Assembly (NCBI GenBank): GCA_025356745.1
Contig: JANXRS010000172.1
Span: 1-55,671 of the forward strand
Length of the DNA: 55,671 bases
Source of the DNA: Arcicella sp.
GTDB taxonomy: Bacteria; Bacteroidota; Bacteroidia; Cytophagales; Spirosomataceae
Direction of reading: 5' to 3'
The notes under the pieces are model-generated. The model had not been told where the DNA came from. It did not search any database and saw nothing but the letters and a program-made list of their open reading frames with translations. Of this stretch, positions 1 to 9,700 are shown piece after piece (positions within the stretch are counted from its first letter, which is position 1; each line of letters begins with the position of its first letter). Both the position numbers and the translations under genes were made by a program.

Positions 1-339
1 AAAAGCGTTCCACACGCATTCAGGGGCATAATGTCTTTGATTAAAAACGACAATAATTTCCGAATTCATTTATTAGCAGTTATTGTCGTAATAATTTCGG
101 GTTTTTGGATAGATTTTACCGAAGGCGAATGGTTGGCAGTTATCCTGACGATGGGTGGAGTTTTGGCACTCGAAGCAGTCAATACTGCCATCGAAACCGT
201 AGTAGATTTAGTCTCGCCCGAGTATCATATTTTGGCTAAAAAAGCTAAGGACGTTGCCGCTGGAGCAGTTTTATTGTTTGTTTTTGCAGCTTTGGCAGTG
301 GCGGGAATAATTATAGGATTCAGGATTATGAATTTGTGA
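1..339 (+). CDS. dgkA: Diacylglycerol/undecaprenol kinase family membrane protein (probably 5'-truncated by the window edge)
   Basis: DgkA motifs EAVNTAIETVVD and AKKAKDVAAGAVL. The frame is open back to base 1 (KSVPHAFRGI-M...), so the true start is probably upstream of the window. Confidence 0.85.
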   Translation, partial: KSVPHAFRGIMSLIKNDNNFRIHLLAVIVVIISGFWIDFTEGEWLAVILTMGGVLALEAVNTAIETVVDLVSPEYHILAKKAKDVAAGAVLLFVFAALAVAGIIIGFRIMNL

Positions 340-374
340 GTTAGTGATTATTTGACTTCACTAACTCACAAATT
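331..374. terminator. Perfect 17-bp inverted repeat between convergent genes (probable bidirectional terminator)
   Basis: AATTTGTGAGTTAGTGA (331-347) / TCACTAACTCACAAATT (358-374) with a 10-nt loop; overlaps the dgkA stop. Confidence 0.6.
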
Positions 375-379
375 TACTT

Positions 380-2416
380 CTACCAAACTTTCGCTCTTTT
401 ATCTGCTGCTAAGAACAATTTATTCTTCTCCGTAACCTTAAATGTTTTATAAAACGGTTCAAAGTTTCTGAGCGGTCCATTAACTCTGAACTCTTCGGGT
501 GAATGTGGGTCAGTGGTAAGGCGTACCCGCATAGATTCTTCTCGGTCTTTAATTCGCCAAATTTGAGCAAAACTCATGAAGAAACGTTGGTCGGGCGTTA
601 AGCCGTCAATTTTCTCATTTCCTTGTCCTTGTTTTGTTAATTTAAACGCTTCGTAAGCAATAGCAATTCCTCCGACATCAGCCAAATTTTCACCCAAAGT
701 CAACTCACCATTTACGTGCATATTACCAAACATTTTAAAACCATTGTATTGATTTACAACTACTTTTGATTTTTCGTTGAACTTTTTGGCATCCTCCGCT
801 TTCCACCAATCTTTTAAATTTCCTTCGGCATCATACTGACGACCTTGGTCATCAAAAAGGTGGGTCATTTCGTGTCCAATTACCATACCGATACCTCCAT
901 AATTAATGGCATCATCGGCGGCATTATCGAAGAAAGGAAACTGTAAAATTCCCGCAGGAAAAACAATTTCGTTAAAAGCGGGATTGGCGTAGGCATTTAC
1001 CGTTGGTGGCGTCATTCCCCACTCGGTTTTATCGACTGGTTTTCCCAATTTTTCAATCATTTCTTTATAGGTATGACGACCAACTGCTTGCGCATTTTCA
1101 AAATAAGCATCACGTTTAATGTCGACATCATCAATTTTTTTCCATTTATCTGGATAGCCAATTTTCTGAATAATTTTATCCATTTTCACCAATGCTTTTG
1201 CCTTCGTTTCTGCCGACATCCAATCTAATTTTTCGATGCGAGAGCGATAAACTTTTTTCAAGTTATCAACCAATTCCAACATCCTTGCTTTAGCTTCTGG
1301 GGTAAAGTGTTTTTTTACCCAAAGCTGCCCCAAAAGCTCCCCAAGCCCTCCATCGGTTTGATTTGCCAATTTTTTCCAACGCTCAGACTGCACTTTTTGA
1401 CCATTCAATGTCTTTCCAAAAAATTCAAAACGAGCCACTCCAAACGCTTTATTTAGGTACGAAGAAGTATTATTTAATAAGGAAAACTTCTCTATATTTT
1501 TCAAGGTTTCGATGGGTGTAGTTTCCAATAATTTGCCCATCGTTGAATAATATTCTGGCTGTCCAACCAGCACTGTATCCGTTTTGATAGTCATATTTTC
1601 CAAAAACTTATTCCAGTCCATTCCATAGATTTTCGGCAACTCAGAAACGGCATACTTATGGTAATTTTTAATGGGGTCACGCAATTCAACGGGTGATTTA
1701 TGGGATTTCGCTAATTTGGTTTCAAATGCCAAAATATCATTGGCGTTTTGCATAGCTGTCTTCTCGTCCGTACCCGTAAGCGTGAAAAGCGTTTTGATGT
1801 ATTTTAAATACGCATTTCGGATTTTTTGAGTCGAAGAATCATTTTTAAAATAATAATCTTTCTCAGGTAATCCTGTGCCGCCTTGAGAGAAACTGACCAT
1901 ATTTTTACTCGAATTTTTATCATCCGTTCCTACGTAAAAGCTAAACAAAGCACCGCCCCGATTATTTTCATTAGTAGCAACGTAATTTAAATACTCTTTA
2001 TAATTTTTAATGGCAGAAATTTTAGCCAGTTCAGCTTTTACGGGTTCTAGTCCCCGTTTTTCGATGGCAACAGTATCCATACCTGATGCATAAAAATCAC
2101 CAATTTTTTGTTCCAAACTCCCCGAAGAAGCCTTTGAAGCGGCTGCTTCTTCCAGAACAGCTTTGGTTTTTTTGATATTTTCTTCCGATAAAGTATAAAA
2201 TGAACCCCAGCCTGATTGATCATCTGGAATATTGGTTTTTTTAATCCAATTTCCATTCATATAATTGAAAAAGTCATCCGCAGGATTAATGGTTGTATCT
2301 CGTCCAGATAAGTCTAAAAATGTAGTTGGAGAATCAATTTGAGTGGTTTTGGACTTTTCGCACGAGAGCATCATTGCCCCTGCGATGAAGTAAATGGGTA
2401 ATTTTCTAAAATTCAT
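380..2416 (-). CDS. M13 family (neprilysin/PepO-like) zinc metallopeptidase, lipoprotein
   Basis: VNAY, HEMTH zinc motif, ENLAD and DPHSP motifs; lipobox-like MMLSC. Confidence 0.92.
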   Translation of the reverse strand: MNFRKLPIYFIAGAMMLSCEKSKTTQIDSPTTFLDLSGRDTTINPADDFFNYMNGNWIKKTNIPDDQSGWGSFYTLSEENIKKTKAVLEEAAASKASSGSLEQKIGDFYASGMDTVAIEKRGLEPVKAELAKISAIKNYKEYLNYVATNENNRGGALFSFYVGTDDKNSSKNMVSFSQGGTGLPEKDYYFKNDSSTQKIRNAYLKYIKTLFTLTGTDEKTAMQNANDILAFETKLAKSHKSPVELRDPIKNYHKYAVSELPKIYGMDWNKFLENMTIKTDTVLVGQPEYYSTMGKLLETTPIETLKNIEKFSLLNNTSSYLNKAFGVARFEFFGKTLNGQKVQSERWKKLANQTDGGLGELLGQLWVKKHFTPEAKARMLELVDNLKKVYRSRIEKLDWMSAETKAKALVKMDKIIQKIGYPDKWKKIDDVDIKRDAYFENAQAVGRHTYKEMIEKLGKPVDKTEWGMTPPTVNAYANPAFNEIVFPAGILQFPFFDNAADDAINYGGIGMVIGHEMTHLFDDQGRQYDAEGNLKDWWKAEDAKKFNEKSKVVVNQYNGFKMFGNMHVNGELTLGENLADVGGIAIAYEAFKLTKQGQGNEKIDGLTPDQRFFMSFAQIWRIKDREESMRVRLTTDPHSPEEFRVNGPLRNFEPFYKTFKVTEKNKLFLAADKRAKVW

Positions 2417-2555
2417 AGCTTAATATTTGTTTGTTAGATAAAACGCAAGATAATCAAAAGGTTTTTAAGATATTTACCATTCATCAATTTTTAGAAATTT
2501 TAACATATTCACCTTCAAAACCAGATAATTTATGGGAAAAATTACTGTTTTATAA

Positions 2556-2590
2556 TCTATTCTCCATTATCTATTCTCTATTATCCCTCA
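2556..2590. repeat. Degenerate heptamer tandem repeat
   Basis: TCTATTC TCCATTA TCTATTC TCTATTA TCCCTCA, directly before a TATCTTCG promoter-like box (2597-2604). Confidence 0.6.
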
Positions 2591-2654
2591 TTTTTGTATC
2601 TTCGTAAAAAAACATAGACAAATACAACGTAAGTTGATGAAAATATAAACTCCA

Positions 2655-3467
2655 ATGAAAGAATACGGAACAAACGTCCAGAAATTAGTAGCTCATATTC
2701 TATCGGTTCAAGATAGAAATACTAGAACAAAATATGCCTATTTGATGGTTGAACTGATGCGTCAAGTTCATCCAAATATGCGTGATAGTCAAGATTATTC
2801 CAATAAATTGTGGGATGATTTGTATATTCTTTCCGACTTCAAATTGGATGTTGATAGTCCATTCCCTCCTCCTTCACCAGAGTCGGTTGGAAAGTTACCT
2901 AAGACTGTTCCCTACAATACGCATCAATTAAAATATCGGTATTACGGACGGAATGTTGAGTTGTTAATTACTCGAGCAATTGCTGAACAAGACGATAACG
3001 AAAAACGCATTCTTGTGGCTCACATTGCCCGTTTAATGAAGACATTTTATCAAAATTGGAATCGTGAAGTAGTGGATGATGAAGTAATTTGGGGGCATAT
3101 TATTGAAATTTCAGAAGGACAATTAAGAACAATTGTACAAGCTATATCAGGTAATTCTTCATTAGGCAATCTGAGAAATAACAACACTAGCAACAACCGC
3201 CCAAGTTCAACTGGCGATACACGAAGCGGAGATACACGAAGAAATGATGGACGAAATAACACTGGAGGCCGTCAAAGTTTTGGTAGTAGAAATGATGGTG
3301 GTGGAAGAACGGATGGTGGAAGAAATAACGATAATAGAACTGGAGGACGAACAGACAATAACCGTAATAATAACAACAGCGGCGGCAGAAGTGATAATGG
3401 AGGAAGAAACGATAATCGGGGAAACAGCAACAGTGGGGGTAATAATAATAACAGAGGAAAAAGGTAA
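2655..3467 (+). CDS. DUF4290 family protein with long N/G/R-rich low-complexity C-terminal tail
   Basis: EYG.NVQKLV, KLWDDL..LSDFKLDVDSPFP and YRYYGRN motifs; typical position upstream of murA in Bacteroidota. Confidence 0.8.
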   Translation: MKEYGTNVQKLVAHILSVQDRNTRTKYAYLMVELMRQVHPNMRDSQDYSNKLWDDLYILSDFKLDVDSPFPPPSPESVGKLPKTVPYNTHQLKYRYYGRNVELLITRAIAEQDDNEKRILVAHIARLMKTFYQNWNREVVDDEVIWGHIIEISEGQLRTIVQAISGNSSLGNLRNNNTSNNRPSSTGDTRSGDTRRNDGRNNTGGRQSFGSRNDGGGRTDGGRNNDNRTGGRTDNNRNNNNSGGRSDNGGRNDNRGNSNSGGNNNNRGKR

Positions 3468-3522
3468 TAGACAATTATCATTAACCGATTAACAAGTAAT
3501 TAATAACTGATAATTGAACAAA

Positions 3523-4830
3523 ATGGCATCATTTAAAGTAACTGGCGGTTGCCAGATGAAAGGCGAGATTATTCCACAAGGAGCAAAAAACGAAGCACTC
3601 CAAATTTTATGTGCCGTAGTTTTAACAAAAGAACCTGTAACAATCCACAACATTCCGAACATTCGTGACGTAAACCAATTAATCGACCTTTTGAGTGATA
3701 TGGGCGTTATTTGTACACGAACCGATATATCTTCTGTAAAATTTGATGCCTCAAACGTTAATTTAGATTACTTAAATTCTGAGATTTACAAGAAAAAAGC
3801 GGCAGCTTTACGTGGGTCAGTTATGTTACTTGGACCAACTTTAGCACGTTTCAAAAAAGGTAGAATTCCATCGCCAGGCGGAGATAAAATTGGTCGTCGT
3901 CGTTTAGATACGCACTTTTTGGGCTTTATGAAATTAGGGGCAGAATTTAATTACTCACCCGAAGAGGGAGGTATTTATGAAGTTGATGCCTCGCATTTGA
4001 AAGGAACGTATATGCTCTTAGATGAAGCATCAGTAACAGGAACAGCAAACATAGTAATGGCCGCTGTTTTAGCAGAAGGAACAACGACAATCTACAACGC
4101 TGCTTGCGAGCCATATCTTCAACAATTATGCAAGATGTTGAACCGAATGGGAGCAAAAATCTCGGGTATTGGTTCAAATTTATTGACGATTGAAGGCGTT
4201 TCTGAACTTTTTGGAACTGAACATACCATGTTACCTGACATGATTGAGATTGGTTCATTCATTGGGATGGCAGCCATGACACAATCTGAAATTACAATAA
4301 AAAATTGCTCTGTAAAAGATTTGGGCATCATTCCCCAAACATTTCAGAAATTAGGAATTAAATTAGAAATCAGAGGAGATGATATTTATGTGCCTGCACA
4401 AGACCGTTACGAACTCGAAACTTTTATTGATGGTTCAATGCTGACGGTTTCTGATTCTCCTTGGCCTGGTTTCACGCCAGATTTGTTGAGCATCGTTTTA
4501 GTAACCGCAATTCAAGCAAAAGGAACAGTTTTGATACATCAAAAAATGTTTGAAAGTCGCTTGTTTTTTGTGGATAAATTGATTGAAATGGGAGCTCAAA
4601 TTATTCTTTGTGATCCACACCGTGCAACCGTTGTAGGCTTAAATCGTGAGCAACAATTAAGAGGAATTCGCATGACTTCGCCTGATATTCGTGCGGGAGT
4701 TTCCTTGTTAATTGCGGCAATGGGAGCAAAAGGGACTTCAATTATTGAAAACATTGAGCAAATAGATAGAGGTTATCAAAATATTGATATTCGTTTAAAT
4801 GCCATTGGAGCTGAGATTGTGAGGTTGTAA
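3523..4830 (+). CDS. murA: UDP-N-acetylglucosamine 1-carboxyvinyltransferase
   Basis: GAKNEAL, SVTGTAN, PWPGFTPD, DIRAG and IDRGY motifs. ATG at 3523 preferred over TTG at 3514. Confidence 0.96.
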   Translation: MASFKVTGGCQMKGEIIPQGAKNEALQILCAVVLTKEPVTIHNIPNIRDVNQLIDLLSDMGVICTRTDISSVKFDASNVNLDYLNSEIYKKKAAALRGSVMLLGPTLARFKKGRIPSPGGDKIGRRRLDTHFLGFMKLGAEFNYSPEEGGIYEVDASHLKGTYMLLDEASVTGTANIVMAAVLAEGTTTIYNAACEPYLQQLCKMLNRMGAKISGIGSNLLTIEGVSELFGTEHTMLPDMIEIGSFIGMAAMTQSEITIKNCSVKDLGIIPQTFQKLGIKLEIRGDDIYVPAQDRYELETFIDGSMLTVSDSPWPGFTPDLLSIVLVTAIQAKGTVLIHQKMFESRLFFVDKLIEMGAQIILCDPHRATVVGLNREQQLRGIRMTSPDIRAGVSLLIAAMGAKGTSIIENIEQIDRGYQNIDIRLNAIGAEIVRL

Positions 4831-4874
4831 TTTTTATAGATTTTCGTTTTTAATGATAATTTCGACGGAAGATT

Positions 4875-4900
4875 AAAAGCCCACAGATTGTGGGCTTTTT
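4875..4900 (+). terminator. Rho-independent terminator after murA
   Basis: AAAAGCCCACA-gat-TGTGGGCTTTTT. Confidence 0.8.
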
Positions 4901-4928
4901 GTTTGAAAAATATTAATTCATAACTTTG
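4898..4928 (+). promoter_or_regulatory. Bacteroidota housekeeping promoter (-33 TTTG / -7 TAnnTTTG) for yebC
   Basis: TTTG at 4898-4901, 19-nt spacer, TAACTTTG at 4921-4928; ATG at 4962. Confidence 0.6.
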
Positions 4929-4961
4929 TAAAATAGATATTAAAACACAAGAATTTACCCA

Positions 4962-5678
4962 ATGGGAAGAGCATTTGAATTTAGAAAAGCCAGAAAATTT
5001 AAAAGATGGGGAATGATGGCAAAAACCTTTACTAAAATTGGTAAAGATATTGTTATCGCAGTAAAATCAGGAGGACCCGACCCTGCTTCAAACTCACGTT
5101 TGAGGGCAATTATTCAGAACGCAAAAGCAGTGAATATGCCCAAAGATAATGTTGAAAGGGCAATTAAGAAGGCTTCTTCAAAAGAACAAGAAGATTATAA
5201 AGAAATTATTTACGAAGGATATGCCGCCCACGGAATTGCTATTCTAGTGGAATGCACAACCGATAATACCAATCGTAGTATTGCCAATATTAGAAACCAT
5301 TTTACAAAATGTGGTGGCACAATTGGAACAACTGGAATGTTGGATTTTATCTTCGACCGCAAGTGTGTTTTCAAGATTGCCAAAACAGAAAACATTGATA
5401 CGGAGGAATTAGAATTTGAATTAATAGATTTCGGAGCTGATGAAGTTTTCTTGGATTTAGAGGCCAATCAAATCAATATTTATGGAGAATTTACTGCTTA
5501 CGGATCACTTCAGAAGATATTGGAAGAAAAAGGGTTTGAACTTCAAGGAGCTGACTTTGAGCGTATTCCGAATGATACCAAAGAAATTCCAGAAGACCAA
5601 ATGGCAGATGTTGAAAAACTAATTGAGCGATTGGAAGAAGATGATGATGTGCAGAATGTCTATCATAATATGCGTTAA
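4962..5678 (+). CDS. yebC: YebC/PmpR family protein
   Basis: MGRAFEFRK start, NMPKDNVERAIKKA, YEGY, TDNTNR and LEEDDDVQNVYHN motifs. Confidence 0.95.
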   Translation: MGRAFEFRKARKFKRWGMMAKTFTKIGKDIVIAVKSGGPDPASNSRLRAIIQNAKAVNMPKDNVERAIKKASSKEQEDYKEIIYEGYAAHGIAILVECTTDNTNRSIANIRNHFTKCGGTIGTTGMLDFIFDRKCVFKIAKTENIDTEELEFELIDFGADEVFLDLEANQINIYGEFTAYGSLQKILEEKGFELQGADFERIPNDTKEIPEDQMADVEKLIERLEEDDDVQNVYHNMR

Positions 5679-5741
5679 ATAGCTATTAGGGTTTAGTTGA
5701 AAGAAATTATACCCAACTAACTATTAGTATATATTTAAAAG

Positions 5742-5771
5742 AAAAAAGCCAGACATAAATCTGGCTTTTTT
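5742..5771 (+). terminator. Rho-independent terminator after yebC
   Basis: AAAAAAGCCAGA-cataaa-TCTGGCTTTTTT. Confidence 0.8.
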
Positions 5772-5923
5772 GCTATATTGCTTCTTGCTATTATTTGATT
5801 ACTAATCTTGTACAGATGAATAATCTTAATGCAAAAATAGCAATATTCTTAACAAAAAAGATATTTTTATTGTGGATGACCGTTTTTTGTATGTAAAAGT
5901 GGTTAATAATTTATTTAACGTCG

Positions 5924-6655
5924 ATGAGATACTTTATTGAGTGTGCTTACAAGGGTACAAATTATAGTGGCTGGCAGGTTCAAATCAATGCAGTTGCCGT
6001 TCAAGAAGTGATTGAAAAAGCATTAAGCACTTTACTGAAAACCAAAGTTGAAATAACGGGAAGTAGTCGCACGGATGCGGGTGTTCATGCAAAACAACAA
6101 ATAGCTCATTTTGAAGTAGAGAATGAAATCAATAATACTGAAAATTTGGTATATCGGATGAATAAAATCTTGCCTTTTGATATTTCAATTAATCAAATTT
6201 TTAAGGTTGCAAACGATTACCATTCTCGTTTTGAGGCAATTTCACGCAAGTATGAATACCGTATTTCACGCACAAAAAATCCCTTTCAGAAAGGATTATC
6301 TTATGAATTTAATGGCGATTTAAATATTAAATTGATGAATGAAGCCTGTTTGATACTATTCAAACACATTGATTTTCAGTGTTTTAGTAAAATAAAGACT
6401 GAAGTCCTTACATTTAATTGCACTATTTTAGAGGCTCATTGGAAAGAAAATACTGAGGATACATTAGTTTTTCATATCAAAGCCAATCGTTTTCTGAGGG
6501 GTATGGTTCGGTCAATTGTGGGGACACTTTTAGAAATTGGTTTGGAAAAAATATCTCTTACAGATTTTGAACAAATAATTCTCTCCAAAAATCGTAAAAA
6601 CGCAGGCTGGTCTGTGCCTGCGGAGGGTTTGTTTTTAATGGAAGTGAATTACTGA
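5924..6655 (+). CDS. truA: tRNA pseudouridine(38-40) synthase
   Basis: Y.GT.YSGWQ, SRTDAGVHA (catalytic Asp), FLRGMVR and PAEGLFL motifs. Confidence 0.95.
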   Translation: MRYFIECAYKGTNYSGWQVQINAVAVQEVIEKALSTLLKTKVEITGSSRTDAGVHAKQQIAHFEVENEINNTENLVYRMNKILPFDISINQIFKVANDYHSRFEAISRKYEYRISRTKNPFQKGLSYEFNGDLNIKLMNEACLILFKHIDFQCFSKIKTEVLTFNCTILEAHWKENTEDTLVFHIKANRFLRGMVRSIVGTLLEIGLEKISLTDFEQIILSKNRKNAGWSVPAEGLFLMEVNY

Positions 6656-6671
6656 TAAGCTTTCATTACCC

Positions 6672-6744
6672 ATGGATTTAAAGGATTACATACGAATAAA
6701 ATAGCTATAAGTTTATAAATTCGAGTCTAATCCTTTAAATCCAT
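6672..6744. terminator. Long inverted repeat between convergent truA and T9SS-protein genes
   Basis: ATGGATTTAAAGGATTA (6672-6688) / TAATCCTTTAAATCCAT (6728-6744), perfect 17 bp. Confidence 0.55.
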
Positions 6745-6746
6745 AT

Positions 6747-9700
6747 TTACTCAATCAATAATTTCTTACTAAAAACATCATCTCCATTTTTAAAATTTAA
6801 CATATAAATACCTGATTGATAGCTATTTAATAAAATTATTAATTCTGTATTTTTTAAAATGTCCTTCTTAAAGATTTCTACTCCCCGCAAATCCACAATA
6901 TTAATTTGTCCACTCATAGGTTTTGAAAATCTTAGCGTAACCTGCGTATGTGCAGGATTTGGGAACAACTCAAATACGTTAAAAATCTCTTGTTCATTTT
7001 GCAAAATGGTAGCTGTTTGGGCTTTTATTGTGGCAAAATCAGATTCCGTTTTATTTCCATAAGCCTTTAATCGGTAGAAATAATTGGTCTTTTCTTTTAA
7101 AGAAATATCAATATATTCAGTTTTTGAAGCATCTAGTTTTACTAATTCTTTATAATCATCAGTCTCCGATAATTTCCTTTCTAAGATATATTGCGTTACA
7201 TTCTGAACAGGTTTCCACGAAATTTTCAAGGCATCAATCGTAGTTGGAATCACCGTCATATCGGGTGTCGTAAGCATTGCGGGCGTTGTTCCATCAATGC
7301 TTATAAATTGTGATTCACTTTTTTCACCAATCGCTTTTAATCTGTAAGTATAAGTTATGTTAGAAATTAAATCTTTATCGGTGAATGACAAAACACCAGG
7401 CTCAAAAACACCCCATTTTCGATAGTCTTGAGTAGGGCCTTTTCTTTCCAAAAGATAGGACGTTATGTTAGGAACCGATTTCCAATCAATTTTGAGAGAA
7501 TTGAAAGAGAGAACTGTCAAAGTAAATGATGAACTTTGAAGGTAGTCATTCGTCTTAATATCAACATTACTAAACGGTGATTCGGTAAAAGTACCAATTG
7601 CTTTTACTCGATAAGTATATAAAGTATTGACAATCAATGATTTATCATCGTATTCCAATACATTGGCATCAAATTTTATAATTTGTTCAAAGGAGTTTGT
7701 CGCAAGATTTTTCCTATCAATTACGTAACTATTTGCCTCTGGAACAGCTTTCCAAGTCAATTTAATAGCATCAATATACGTTGCAGATGCCGTCAGGTTG
7801 GGGGAATCTAAGGCTTTTGGCGTTAAAATTTGAACGCTCGAATATTCAGATTCTATATTTCCAAAGACAATTTTAATTCTGAAAGTATAATTGCTGTTAC
7901 CTAATAAATCTTCGTATAAAAAAGTTGAATTCCCTTTAGGTAAAGTTTGGATAATATTGTACTTGTCGGAAGTTAAATCTTTAATTTCTACAATATAACT
8001 ATTTACATTCTCAACTTCATTCCATGATAAAATAATGGAGGTTGCGGCTTTAATTCTAACGGCAAGAATCGGTGGAGCAATGGGATCTGCAATCAGTTGT
8101 TTATGAAAAGATAAGGTACTTATTCCTCTCTGGTTTTTCAAAAAAGGTCCTCCAAAAATACTTCTCAAGTCAACTGAATATTTTATTGGATAATAGGCTG
8201 GCAAATAGGTAAGTGTTTGATTACCAATATTTCCCGAAGTTTTCAAAATAATTTTATTTTTATCGGCTCGCCCAGAAATCACTTTATCATTTGCATTATT
8301 TAAATAAATATAGTCTTTCATAAAGTACTTTCGAAACGTTCCATCATCTTGTTTATAGGTTGAATCTGCTGTCCAAACCATCTTTTGTGAATCCTCAAAA
8401 AGAATTGTTATTTCATCTTTTGCAAGGTTAGAATAATACACTTTCTGAACGTTGGGAGAAGTAATTTGAAGTGTATCCGAAGCACCATAAAAATCACGAG
8501 CAACCAATTTAAAAACATCACTGGCAATCTTTTTATAACCATCAATTGTATAATGCTTACCGTCGTATCCAGCATTGCCAATGGTTGCTATAACTTCAGT
8601 TTTGGGGTAAATATTCTTAATTTGTCGTTGGTATTCACGCAAATCTGCTGCTTCTGAAAAAGGAAAACCTGTAATATTTATCTGAAAAATATAGAATTTT
8701 CCGATTGAGGGATAATCAGTTTTCCAAAAATTAACCAGTTTTTCAAATTCTGGTTTCCAAACAGCGGGTTTATTAATCGCCTCTGCTTCACCTTGCCAGA
8801 AAAAAAAGCCTTTCAAATTATCAAAATGCCCTGATTTTTTAGCCCTGTATAAAAGTCTTCCGTAAATAGTTGAAATATTACTCGGATTTGCAGCGTCTCG
8901 AATAGTATGTTCCGTAATAATAGAACCACTTACGGCCTCATTCAAAAAACATACTGGAATCCTATATTTTTCAACTATTTGTTTTTGCAGTTCTATCCCC
9001 CAAACACCCACGAAAGGTTTCCCATTATTTGATAAAGCCCACGTTGTATCTGACTCTGTTATGAATAAATTGCCACTTTTTACTTGCCCAAAAGTTCGGC
9101 AAAAATCATTTCGATAATCAGAATTAGGAAACGTCGTTGATACGTCCCAAGCGGCCGCATTTGATTGTCCGTTTATCAAATAAGCATCTCCAGCCACAAT
9201 ATTTTCACGAGAAGTCACCAAAACTGAATCACTGCCTTTTGTAGCGTAAATTCTGAAAATATAATTAGCTAATTCAGCCTTTATTGTATGCGAAAAGGCA
9301 AAATTGGCGGTTGTTCCACTATAATTTAAAGTTGATTTATACAATTTTATAGGTGTATTATTTCTAAGAACGACTAATGAAACAGAGTTATAAAAGGCAG
9401 ATTCAATCTTTCCATTTATCGAAACGATGGCTTCATTTTTAGTATTTCGAGGAAATAATTGAAGACTTTGGGGAATCTTTGAGTAGCTTATCGCAGGAAT
9501 TGGTAAATTTGATTCAAATGATTCAATCTTAATTTCATGAAAAGATAAAGCTCTTAAACCACGTTTGTTTTTAATATATGGCCCCGAATAAGGATAATCA
9601 GGGCTGTCATTAGCAATATAGGGCGGTAAATAAGAAAGTTGAGTTGCCGTTGTGGGCTGAAGTAGTTTTATAACAACTTGATTGGCAATAGCATATCCAG

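Noticed and set aside
3050-3492. Four short ORFs overlapping the DUF4290 tail (Leu-rich, His/Tyr-rich, etc.)
   Set aside because: They are shadow frames of a low-complexity, stop-poor repeat region.
5742-5846. Possible ~85-nt minus-strand sRNA from a TATTTTTG box (5832-5839) to the yebC terminator
   Set aside because: The -33 spacing is wrong (13 nt), there is no convincing structure, and such boxes occur often by chance in AT-rich DNA.
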